This document shows, one piece after another, positions 39,180-48,096 of a DNA stretch of 64,000 nt (the first letter of the stretch is position 1; each line of letters opens with the position of its first letter). Source of the stretch: Candidatus Omnitrophota bacterium. Its GTDB lineage: Bacteria; Omnitrophota; Gorgyraeia; Gygaellales; Profunditerraquicolaceae. A program made the position numbers and the translations under genes. The notes beneath the pieces were generated by a model. That model ran no database searches. It worked only from the letters and a program-made list of their open reading frames with translations, and was not told the DNA's origin. The stretch lies in the NCBI GenBank assembly GCA_016208765.1, contig JACQXK010000001.1, positions 218 through 64,217 of the forward strand, in the 5' to 3' direction.

Positions 39180-40466
39180 GTGATATTAAAGGCTAAGCCA
39201 ACAAAGGTTTTGATTATAACTTTGGCTTTAGCCTTATTTTTTTGTCTTTTTACTGCTTCTGCGTTTGCCGGCGCTCTTTCTATCCCCATGGTCGGCCCCT
39301 CAGCAGGCGGCTGCACTGCTAACTACCAGCAAATCTTCACCACTACCTTTAATGACTTAAGCGGCTGGCAGCATGTTAACTATGTCTACTTTGTAATTAA
39401 CACTACTGCTTCTGGCTCCAGCTGTTTTTATGGCTACTACAATCAGAATACCAACAAGCTCTATATTAAAAATGATGCAGGTAATGCTTGGTTAGGTGGA
39501 TTTGCTCCCGGCTCAAACAATCTAATTGAAAACTCTTATGTTAAGCTAAACTGCGCTCAAACTACAGTCTCAGGCTCAGGACAGACTATGTTTGTAAACT
39601 GGGCAGTAACTTTTAAGCCTCCTTTTGTCGGTACAAAAAATATGTATCTTTATGTCAGGGACGACTCTAATGCTTATCAGCCTCTTACTAAAAGAGGCAC
39701 CTGGACTATTCCTAACCATACCCCAACAATAGTATCAGTTATTCCTAATCAGGGAACCTCTCAACCTGAGCAAGCCTTAACCTTTACCACTATTTACCTT
39801 GATACTGATACCTGGATTAATATTAAGTATGTCTATTTCCGAATTAGCCCCTCTCTTACAGGTTTGACTAATTGCTTCTATGGCTACTATGACCAGGATA
39901 ACAACAAGCTCTACCTAAGAAATGACACTAACACAGCCTGGCTTGGAGGCTACACCCCCGGCTCAAACTATACTATTGAAAACTCTTATGCTAAATTAGA
40001 CTGCTCTAAGACAATTGTTACAGGAAATTCCGATACCTTAAGCATTAACTGGCAGATTATCCCTAAAACCACCTTTACCGGCACAAAGAACCTCTATCTT
40101 TATGTCAGAGATAACAATAATGCCTACCAAGGCTGGTTACAGAAGGGGACATGGAGTATTGATAATACAGATACTACTCCGCCGCAGATTACCCAGCTTA
40201 GCCCTGTGGATGCAAGCCGTATTTATGAAAATGCTTCTGTTGTTATTAAGCCAACAATAACTGATAACAATCAGTCTGCAGTTACTTATCAATTTTCTGT
40301 TGATGGAGTAGTTAAACAGGTTTGGTCAAGTAGTGCTACTTATAATTGGGTAAGTCCTTTAGCAGGTGCGCATACTATTAAGGCAGAAGCAAAGGATGAG
40401 GCCGGGCAGTCTATCAAAAGTGCTGAGGTATTTATCTTAAGAAAACCCATGGAAGTTGCAAATTAA
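39180..40466 (+). CDS. secreted protein with two tandem ~150-aa beta-rich repeats and a C-terminal Ig-like domain
   Basis: Signal peptide ending SAFAGA. Repeat 1 (…NYVYFVINTTASGSSCFYGYYNQNTNKLYIKNDAGNAWLGGFAPGSN…NMYLYVRDDSNAYQ…GTWTI) and repeat 2 (…KYVYFRISPSL…CFYGYYDQDNNKLYLRNDTNTAWLGGYTPGSN…NLYLYVRDNNNAYQ…GTWSI) are clearly homologous. GTG start; 6-nt gap to the RHS gene. Confidence 0.6.
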   Translation: MILKAKPTKVLIITLALALFFCLFTASAFAGALSIPMVGPSAGGCTANYQQIFTTTFNDLSGWQHVNYVYFVINTTASGSSCFYGYYNQNTNKLYIKNDAGNAWLGGFAPGSNNLIENSYVKLNCAQTTVSGSGQTMFVNWAVTFKPPFVGTKNMYLYVRDDSNAYQPLTKRGTWTIPNHTPTIVSVIPNQGTSQPEQALTFTTIYLDTDTWINIKYVYFRISPSLTGLTNCFYGYYDQDNNKLYLRNDTNTAWLGGYTPGSNYTIENSYAKLDCSKTIVTGNSDTLSINWQIIPKTTFTGTKNLYLYVRDNNNAYQGWLQKGTWSIDNTDTTPPQITQLSPVDASRIYENASVVIKPTITDNNQSAVTYQFSVDGVVKQVWSSSATYNWVSPLAGAHTIKAEAKDEAGQSIKSAEVFILRKPMEVAN

Positions 40467-40472
40467 CCATAT

Positions 40473-43400
40473 ATGAAAAAGTCAATCATCAAAATTCTTT
40501 CTTTGGCTTTAATCATTACGCACTTATTTACAATTTGTTTAAGGGATGTTTCCTTTGCTGCTGGGTCAAGCACAACTACTTCTAACACAAGTACAACTAA
40601 TTCTGGCGCAAGTACAACTAAAAGCACAACAACTTCTATCCAATCGCAGTCTAAGTCAACAAGCAGCGACACTAAAACCAAGAGCCCTGCTCTTAGTTCA
40701 GCCAAATCAATGAGCCTATCCGCAGCAAGCAGTTCTTCGTCTCCACAAATGAGCACAAGTTTTAACACTTCAGTTTTAAAATCTTTTCAGAGCGATCCCT
40801 TTACCGGAAGAGCATCGTTTTCCGTTTCTATAAGTGTTCCGGTAGGCCGGAAAGGTATTCAGCCTAATATTGCGCTCACCTATGCCTCAGGTTCAGGTAA
40901 CGGCATATTAGGCGTAGGTTGGAGCTTAGAGTTAGGTTCTATTCAGCGTTCCACTAAACGCGGTACTCCAAAATATGATTCTACGGATACTTTTATTTTT
41001 AACTCCTTAGGCTCAAATCAGGAATTAGTTAATATTGGCGGTAATGAATACCGTACTAAAATTGAAGGCAGTTTCTCAAAGTTTACTTTTGACGGCACAA
41101 GCTGGGTAATCACTGATAAAGGTGGCACAAAATACTACTTTGGGCAAGATGAGGCTTCAAGACAGATAAATTCTAAGGGAATATTTTCATGGAATTTAAA
41201 TAAGGTTGTTGATCTGCAGACGAATTTTCTTGAAATAGAATATTTTGTTGATCAGGGCCAGATATACCCAGTTAAGGTTAAATATACAGGTAATCAATCC
41301 CAGAATCTTGAGCCTTTATGTGAAGTTCATTTTGTTTTCACTGATCGCGCTGACTATTCTTTTAATTACCGCAGCGGCTCAAAAGTTGTAACTGCAAAAA
41401 GGCTTACTGAAATTAAGTCTAAATTTCGCAGCAATATAATAAATCAGTACAAAATAGAGTATCTTGAAGAACAAAATGCAAGGCCGCTTTCCTTAATAAA
41501 GCAAATTACACTGTTTGATGCATCTTCAAACAATTCTTATCCTCCGGTAGTATTTACTTATCAGGAATTAAACCCCAGTTTTACTGATATTCAGCAATTG
41601 CCGATCTTACGCCGCAGTGATGATCCTTTAAGGAATTCCGAGGAGTACAGTTTTTTCCGGTATCAAAGCGAGAACAAAGTATTTAGCACTATGCTTGATA
41701 TAAATTCAGATGGATTGGTTGACTGGATACAGCGTAAAAACAATTCTCCGTATACAAATTACTCTGTTTTGTTAAATAACGGCTCAGGGTTTAATGAGCC
41801 TCTTGGCTGGGGGCCTTTATTGGGAGATTTAGCAGAAGGGGCAGTTGAATGGAGCAATGACGGTTTATACCGGGATTTAGGAGTTTTAGATATTAATGGC
41901 GACAGCCTTGCTGACAGGGTTTATTATAAAATTAATGATCCAAGATACCAGGTTCAGCTAAATACAGGGTTAGGCTTTGATAATTTTTATACTTATTTTA
42001 GCCAGTTGTATGGCGGCGGAGAAGCATATGATTGTATAACAGGAATTTCTTCAAATGGGATCAGGTCTGAAACAATGGACATAAATGGTGACGGTTTTGC
42101 TGACAAAGTAATGGCAACAAGAAATGGCTCTCCGTATAATTCCATGGATGTGCAGCTAAATAACGGCTCCTCTTTTGGCCAGATAATAAAATGGCCGGTT
42201 TCATGGGAAGACAGTAGGCTTACATCAGAGGGGTGGAATTATCTAAGGGCATCCTCGGGTAATACAACCTTACTTACAATCTTAGATATTAACGGTGACG
42301 GTTTGCCAGACAGAGTGATGCGAAAATATGATGCGCCTTATACTGGTTTTGATGTCCAGCTTAATAATGGCAGTGGATTTGATAAGCCTGTGGTTTGGGG
42401 GCCGCTACTTTATAACTGCGGGCCAGAAGCATCTTCTCCAGAGTGGAGCGATAACGGCCTTTATAAAAGATTAGCCCTTATTGATATGAATGGAGACGGC
42501 CTGCCTGACAGGGTGCATTATGAAGATGGAGATAATAAATATGAGGTGCAATTAAATAACGGCCATGGTTTTGAAGCTACTTATGTGTATTGGACAAATA
42601 TTGGCTCCCGTGGACAGGAATTTGATTGTATCACAGGTTATTCTGTTGGCCCGTATGGTGTGCGCGCTGACGTATTTGATATTAATGGTGACGGCCTGCC
42701 GGATAAGCTTACCAATAAAATAACAGGCGCTCCTTATGATTATGTGGAAGCCAGATTAAATAATAATCCTGTGCCTGCAGGTTATCTTAAGGAAATCTCA
42801 AACGGCATCGGAGGCTCAGTAGCAGTTACCTACAAGCCATATAAAGGTAAGGATAACTCAACTTACGACCCACAAAAACTCTTACCGTTTTGTGTCTGGG
42901 TGGTTGATTCTATTACTCAAAACTCAGGTTTTGAACAGCCGATAAATACCCATAGTTTTAAATACGACTCTGGATTTTTTGATTTTAAGGATCGCGAATT
43001 CCGCGGCTTTGGCTATGCAAAAACCACTGATTCCGAAGGTACTTCCAGCGAAAGCTATTTTAAACAGGACAGCATCTTTAAAGCAAGGCCATATAAACAG
43101 GAAGTAAAAGATAAAGACAACAAGCTTTATTCAAAAACAGAAAACACCTGGCAAAGTGTTGAGCTTTATCCCGGAGTTAACTTGCCATATCTAGTTCAAA
43201 CTGATAATTATGTTTATGATCCTGATAATTCCGACAATTACAAACAAACCCGCGTAAAATACGAATATGATTCTTATGGTAATCCTAAAAAAGTCATCTC
43301 TGAAGGTGAGGTTAATGTAATTGGCGATGAGAAGACCCAGGTTACGGAATATATTTATAATACTACTGATTGGATTATCTCTTGCCCTAAATCTACTACA

Positions 43401-46400
43401 CTTTTAGATAAGAACCAAACTAAAGTTTCTGAAAAGCGCTTCTACTACGATAATCATGCCAGCCTTGATGAAATCCCGGCAAAAGGAATACTAAGCAAGG
43501 AAGAAAGCTACCTCAAGGATCCAATTAAAAATACCCAAAAGTATATATCATCAAGCTATGCTTATGACAGTTATGGTAATTTAACCAGCTCAACTGATGC
43601 CTTGGGTAGGATCACCTCAATTGTCTATGACACAGTGCAGTTTTCCTATCCAGTGCAAACAACCAATGCCTTAGGTAAAAGCGTAAAAACTGTTTATTAC
43701 GGAATTAACGATTCTCTACAAGATGCAATTACTGGCTCAGGTTTACCCGGCCAGGTAAAATTCACCGAAGATTACAATACTCAAAAAAATTATAATATCT
43801 ATGATTCTTTGGGTAGAATTACTAAGGCTATCGGCCCGCTTGATTCGGAGGACTCTCCAGGAGCAATCTACGAATATGATTTATCAAGCCAGCCGATTAA
43901 AGTTGTCAGAAAAGTTAAGGTTGATTATTCCGCTCAACCTGCGTATCTTACAAGTTATTCTTTTTATGATGGCTTGGGCCGTGTGATTGAAGATAAAACT
44001 CCTGCTGAAAATAATCCCATAAATAATCAGCCCCGCCAGATAATCTCAGGCCTTGTAAGATATGATTCCCGCTGCCAGATTAAGGAGAAGTACTTGCCTT
44101 ATTTTGTGGATGCCTCAGCAAACTACGAATCTCCTGTATATAATACTCCGCACTCAAGTTTTATTTACGATGCTTTAGGCCGCCTCACCCAAAGCATTAA
44201 CCCGGATTTAACCAGCTCTAGTGTTTTATACGGAGTTTGGTTCAAGGCCACTACTGATGAAAATAACCACTCTAAGGGTTATTATTTTGATTCCTATGGA
44301 AAAATTACCAAAGTAGAAGAGCATAACAGTGGTCAGATTTATACCACTAAATATGAATATGACACATTAGGTAATCTTATTAAGCTTACAGATAATCAGA
44401 ATAATGTTACCCAGATTTGGTATGATTCACTATGTAGGAAAATAAAGATGTCAGATCCAGATATGGGTATCTGGCTGTATGAATATGATGCCTTGGGGAA
44501 TCTTATCAAGCAAACCGATGCCAAGAATCAGGTTTTGGAATTCCACTATGATTCTTTAAATAGGCTGACTAACAAGCTTAACTCAAGTAACCCAAGCAAC
44601 CCAATAACCCTGGTAACTTACTCTTACGACGACCCCGGCAAAGACCATTGCCTTGGCCGTCTTTCCAAAATAACTGATCTATCCGGCTCAACTGATTTTT
44701 ACTATGACAAATTAGGTAGAGAAGTTAAATCCACAAAAACTATTACAGGCTCAGGTACTTATACTGTTGAGCGCATCTATGATGCTTTAGACAGATTACT
44801 CACTCTTAAATACCCCGACTCTACACTCATAACCTACAGCTATAATCCTCAAGGAATTGAAAAGGTGCAGGGACTGTCCCCGCAGGGGACTGTCCCTTAT
44901 ATTCTAAATATTGATTACTCTCCCACAGGCCAACTGCTCAAGGTGCAATATGGCAATGGCACTCAAACAAACTACGCTTATGAGCCTAATACCCTAAGGC
45001 TAAATAATATCGTTACCCAATCACCAAGCGGTAAAATCCAGGACCTAAGCTATCAGTTTGATAATACCGGTAACATCAGGAACATAGTTGATGCAGTAAA
45101 CACCGCTACTCAAAGTTTTGTTTATGATGACCTAAGCCGTCTTATTCAAGCAAACGGCTCTTATGGTGCGCTTACTTACTCTTATGATTCCATAGGAAAC
45201 ATGATTAATAAAGAAGGTGTTAATTTAACTTATGGCAAAGGCGGTAAGCTTCCTCATGCTGTTACTCAATACGGAAATGACTTGTCTATTGATTATGATG
45301 CAAATGGAAACATGATTACAAAAGGCGACCTATCTCTAATCTATGATGCAGAAAACCGCCTCAAAGAAGCTCAAAGAGCTCCTCCACAACCGGTAACTAT
45401 CAGTATCACCCTAAAGCCGGGATGGAATTTCCTCTCGCTTCCAATAATCCCTCAGGATACTAAAGTAAACTCAGTTTTGGCTCAAATCTCCGGAAAGTAC
45501 TCTCAAATATCCCGCTATAGCCCTAATACCAAAACCTTTGAGCATAATGTTGCTAATACTAAGTTTGATCAGTTCACTGATTTTGAATACGGCAAGGGCT
45601 ATCAAATCTATATTACAAGTACAACAGATGTTGACTTAAATATTACCGGCACACTACCATTAACTACTCAAAACATCGGTCTTGTTACAGGAGAGAACTT
45701 GATCTTTTGCCCAAAGACAACCGAGACTACAGTAGAAGCAGCGCTATTTCCTTTAAAGCTTGATACAGATTATTCTAAGGTTGTTTACTATAACAAATTC
45801 TTAAATAAGTTTGAAGAATACTCAAGCATAAAACAGGAATTTACGACCCTAAAACCCGGAACCAGCTATTATCTTTACTGTTTAAAAGATACTACTCTAA
45901 CTGTATCCGGCTCTCAACAACCACCAGTTAGTTTTACTTATGATGGCGACGGAGGAAGAGTGAGAAAGGGACTGTCCCCGCAGGGGACTGTCCCTGAACA
46001 ATGGACCACCTACATCGGCTCCCTCTACGAAATTAACTCTGACGGCACTACTACTAAACATATTTTCTCCGGCTCAAACCGTATTGCCTCGTCATTGCGA
46101 AACGCCGCAGGCGTTGAAGCAATCTCGTATTTCCATAGTGATCATTTAGGAAGCTCTAATATTATCACTGACTCAAGTGGCAAGCAGATAGGCTTTACTG
46201 AATTTACTCCTTATGGCTCAACCTTTAAACAAACAGGAACCTTTGATCCAAAATACAAATTCACCGGCAAAGAGCTTGATTCTTCCACTGGATTATATTA
46301 TTATGGTGCCAGGTATTATGATCCGCTCTTTGGCAGATTCATTACTCCAGACACCATCGTCCAAGCTCCCTATGATCCACAGAGTTTAAACCGATATTCT

Positions 46401-47330
46401 TACTGTCGAAACAACCCGATAAATCTGGTTGACCCTACCGGACACTCGTGGAAGAGTTTTTGGAAAAAGTTCGGTGGTGCCATAGCTTCGGTGGTAGTGG
46501 GAATAGTGGTAGGAGTATTTACTGCTGGTATTGGAACCGCCTTTTACACTTCAATGATGGGTGGTAGTGCGTTTTGGGGTGGGGTATTAAGTGCTGCGAC
46601 TACTGGTGCACTAGCAGGTGCCGCTGCCGGAGGTGTAGGTGGCGCCTTCTATGGGCAGAATATAGGTCAATCAATGTTAATGGGGGCGGCGTTTGGCGCC
46701 CTTAGCGGGGCGGTCTTTGGTGGCATGATCAGCAAGGTTGGTGGACCTGATTGGAATTGGAAGGTTGGGCTTGAAAGGGTTGGATTATCTGCCATTGCCG
46801 GTGGAGGTATATCCGAGTTGGCAGGGGGATCTTTTGAGAATGGGGCGATGTTCGCCGGCGCTATTGCGGGAGCAGATTTTCTATATAGGGGTATCGTAAG
46901 TACTAAGCCTGCAGGAAAGAATGTAGGTGCCTCTATGAAAACAGCACAAGATAATGGCTTGCCAAAGTTGGATGCCAATGGTAAAGCTCTTATGGTGGAT
47001 AATAAGCCTGTAGTTATAAATACTCCGAAATATAGTAATGTCGGGTTTGGGTCAAGAGTTGGTGATATTAGCCTGGGGAATGGTCTCACTGGAGAAACAG
47101 GGCCTGTTATGAGTGGTTTAGGCCGGTTTGTTCCCGGTTTCCAAAGGTTTTCCCTTGCTCATGATATAACAGGTGATTTTTTAAGTAGAACCTTTGGCGG
47201 CACAGTCAATGCCGCTGCCTTTAATTTTGAAACAATGCCTGTGCTATATGGGCTTAATGCAGCGGGGTCGCTAATCAATGATAGCCCAGGTATGATTGGG
47301 TACTATGAAGAAAGTTGGAATGATAGATAA
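40473..47330 (+). CDS. giant secreted SpvB/FG-GAP/RHS-repeat polymorphic toxin (TcB-TcC 'BC'-like) with a glycine-zipper-rich C-terminal tip
   Basis: Layout: signal peptide; S/T-rich linker; SpvB-type N-terminal domain (…SFSVSISVPVGRKGIQPNIALTYASGSGNGILGVGWSL…); seven DINGDGLPD-type FG-GAP repeats; many YD repeats; an inserted ~185-aa domain (45381-45930); RHS core (YFHSDHLGSSNII…GARYYDPLFGRFITPD…NPINLVDPTGHSW); a ~290-aa tip starting about 46447 with GxxxG-rich hydrophobic segments. Confidence 0.9.
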   Translation: MKKSIIKILSLALIITHLFTICLRDVSFAAGSSTTTSNTSTTNSGASTTKSTTTSIQSQSKSTSSDTKTKSPALSSAKSMSLSAASSSSSPQMSTSFNTSVLKSFQSDPFTGRASFSVSISVPVGRKGIQPNIALTYASGSGNGILGVGWSLELGSIQRSTKRGTPKYDSTDTFIFNSLGSNQELVNIGGNEYRTKIEGSFSKFTFDGTSWVITDKGGTKYYFGQDEASRQINSKGIFSWNLNKVVDLQTNFLEIEYFVDQGQIYPVKVKYTGNQSQNLEPLCEVHFVFTDRADYSFNYRSGSKVVTAKRLTEIKSKFRSNIINQYKIEYLEEQNARPLSLIKQITLFDASSNNSYPPVVFTYQELNPSFTDIQQLPILRRSDDPLRNSEEYSFFRYQSENKVFSTMLDINSDGLVDWIQRKNNSPYTNYSVLLNNGSGFNEPLGWGPLLGDLAEGAVEWSNDGLYRDLGVLDINGDSLADRVYYKINDPRYQVQLNTGLGFDNFYTYFSQLYGGGEAYDCITGISSNGIRSETMDINGDGFADKVMATRNGSPYNSMDVQLNNGSSFGQIIKWPVSWEDSRLTSEGWNYLRASSGNTTLLTILDINGDGLPDRVMRKYDAPYTGFDVQLNNGSGFDKPVVWGPLLYNCGPEASSPEWSDNGLYKRLALIDMNGDGLPDRVHYEDGDNKYEVQLNNGHGFEATYVYWTNIGSRGQEFDCITGYSVGPYGVRADVFDINGDGLPDKLTNKITGAPYDYVEARLNNNPVPAGYLKEISNGIGGSVAVTYKPYKGKDNSTYDPQKLLPFCVWVVDSITQNSGFEQPINTHSFKYDSGFFDFKDREFRGFGYAKTTDSEGTSSESYFKQDSIFKARPYKQEVKDKDNKLYSKTENTWQSVELYPGVNLPYLVQTDNYVYDPDNSDNYKQTRVKYEYDSYGNPKKVISEGEVNVIGDEKTQVTEYIYNTTDWIISCPKSTTLLDKNQTKVSEKRFYYDNHASLDEIPAKGILSKEESYLKDPIKNTQKYISSSYAYDSYGNLTSSTDALGRITSIVYDTVQFSYPVQTTNALGKSVKTVYYGINDSLQDAITGSGLPGQVKFTEDYNTQKNYNIYDSLGRITKAIGPLDSEDSPGAIYEYDLSSQPIKVVRKVKVDYSAQPAYLTSYSFYDGLGRVIEDKTPAENNPINNQPRQIISGLVRYDSRCQIKEKYLPYFVDASANYESPVYNTPHSSFIYDALGRLTQSINPDLTSSSVLYGVWFKATTDENNHSKGYYFDSYGKITKVEEHNSGQIYTTKYEYDTLGNLIKLTDNQNNVTQIWYDSLCRKIKMSDPDMGIWLYEYDALGNLIKQTDAKNQVLEFHYDSLNRLTNKLNSSNPSNPITLVTYSYDDPGKDHCLGRLSKITDLSGSTDFYYDKLGREVKSTKTITGSGTYTVERIYDALDRLLTLKYPDSTLITYSYNPQGIEKVQGLSPQGTVPYILNIDYSPTGQLLKVQYGNGTQTNYAYEPNTLRLNNIVTQSPSGKIQDLSYQFDNTGNIRNIVDAVNTATQSFVYDDLSRLIQANGSYGALTYSYDSIGNMINKEGVNLTYGKGGKLPHAVTQYGNDLSIDYDANGNMITKGDLSLIYDAENRLKEAQRAPPQPVTISITLKPGWNFLSLPIIPQDTKVNSVLAQISGKYSQISRYSPNTKTFEHNVANTKFDQFTDFEYGKGYQIYITSTTDVDLNITGTLPLTTQNIGLVTGENLIFCPKTTETTVEAALFPLKLDTDYSKVVYYNKFLNKFEEYSSIKQEFTTLKPGTSYYLYCLKDTTLTVSGSQQPPVSFTYDGDGGRVRKGLSPQGTVPEQWTTYIGSLYEINSDGTTTKHIFSGSNRIASSLRNAAGVEAISYFHSDHLGSSNIITDSSGKQIGFTEFTPYGSTFKQTGTFDPKYKFTGKELDSSTGLYYYGARYYDPLFGRFITPDTIVQAPYDPQSLNRYSYCRNNPINLVDPTGHSWKSFWKKFGGAIASVVVGIVVGVFTAGIGTAFYTSMMGGSAFWGGVLSAATTGALAGAAAGGVGGAFYGQNIGQSMLMGAAFGALSGAVFGGMISKVGGPDWNWKVGLERVGLSAIAGGGISELAGGSFENGAMFAGAIAGADFLYRGIVSTKPAGKNVGASMKTAQDNGLPKLDANGKALMVDNKPVVINTPKYSNVGFGSRVGDISLGNGLTGETGPVMSGLGRFVPGFQRFSLAHDITGDFLSRTFGGTVNAAAFNFETMPVLYGLNAAGSLINDSPGMIGYYEESWNDR
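44870..44896 (+). repeat. 27-nt GC-rich tandem-palindrome insert GGGACTGTCCCCGCAGGGGACTGTCCC inside the RHS ORF (copy 1)
   Basis: Read directly. Each half, GGGACTGTCCC, is palindromic around a central base. About 74% GC in an AT-rich gene. In-frame, encoding GLSPQGTVP. Confidence 0.7.
45969..45995 (+). repeat. identical 27-nt GC-rich tandem-palindrome insert inside the RHS ORF (copy 2)
   Basis: 27/27 identical to 44870-44896, same reading frame (GLSPQGTVP), 1.1 kb downstream, immediately 5' of the block that is duplicated at 49038. Confidence 0.7.
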
Positions 47331-47343
47331 TATGGGAGATTTT

Positions 47344-47949
47344 ATGAGAATAGTAGTCTTAATCGTGATACTGCTTGTATCTTTTAGTCAGAGTTCTTAC
47401 GCCGGGTTGTTTAAATTTGACCCCGAGGCGAAATTTAAAGAAGCTGATTATATGATTAGTATAGATCGGCATATTGCAGCGGATAAGCTGATAAGTGAGG
47501 TTATAGCTTATTGCAAAAAGAAAAATGATGAGGCTTGTCTAGCGAAAGCCTTCTTTTATTATGGGAAGTTGTTAATGGCAGAAATTCCAGATGGATATGA
47601 TCGTGAGAAGAATAGTGCACGTAGGCCAGGAGGCAGCTATGTAGACGACAGCGTGACTGTAGGAAATATTGATCAAAAAGCCATGGAGTACTTTGACAAA
47701 GCACTATACTTAGCAAAGAAACACGGTCTAAATGATGCTGCCTCTGCTATATACATCAAGATTGGTATCTTGCAATACACGCGTTTTAAGGATAGTACTG
47801 CGGCTTGTGAGAGTTTTGATCGCAGCTTGGAGTATTACTTGCTATTTAAAAAGGACAATCCGAACACAACGGTCATAATACCAAAGGGGTTTGATAGTTT
47901 TGAAGAATATATAGCGCAGGCGAAGCGCGAAGCGGGGTGTCAGAAATAG
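47344..47949 (+). CDS. candidate cognate immunity protein (signal peptide + ~180-aa soluble domain) for the RHS tip
   Basis: Lies immediately 3' of the RHS stop. GGGAGA RBS 5 nt before the ATG at 47344 (alternative ATG at 47332; the track start 47296 overlaps the RHS gene). MRIVVLIVILLVSFSQSSYAG signal sequence. Confidence 0.45.
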   Translation: MRIVVLIVILLVSFSQSSYAGLFKFDPEAKFKEADYMISIDRHIAADKLISEVIAYCKKKNDEACLAKAFFYYGKLLMAEIPDGYDREKNSARRPGGSYVDDSVTVGNIDQKAMEYFDKALYLAKKHGLNDAASAIYIKIGILQYTRFKDSTAACESFDRSLEYYLLFKKDNPNTTVIIPKGFDSFEEYIAQAKREAGCQK

Positions 47950-48096
47950 AGCGGCTTGAGAGATATGGGATTAGCACAAATTGTGCGGATTTTGCGGTGG
48001 GGACAACTCATGAAGCGCTAAGTCCACAAGGCAAATAAAATTACGCGAGATAGTATAGGCAATTTTTTTTACACGAATGCATAAGTTGGAGGAAAA

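Noticed and set aside
40463-40768. 101-aa minus-strand ORF overlapping the RHS 5' end
   Set aside because: It is antisense to the S/T-rich low-complexity linker, with a poly-Val/Leu translation typical of a shadow frame.
41690-45360. Periodic DNA repeats in the RHS gene (FG-GAP and YD units) considered as CRISPR or tandem-repeat arrays
   Set aside because: The repeats are protein-level, degenerate at the DNA level and of variable spacing, inside one continuous ORF. There are no direct repeats of fixed length with unique spacers and no cas genes.
46667-47089. 140-aa minus-strand ORF inside the RHS C-terminal tip
   Set aside because: It is antisense to the Gly/Ala-rich tip, so the GC-rich codons give an open reverse frame. 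It has no start context and overlaps a continuous 2285-aa ORF.
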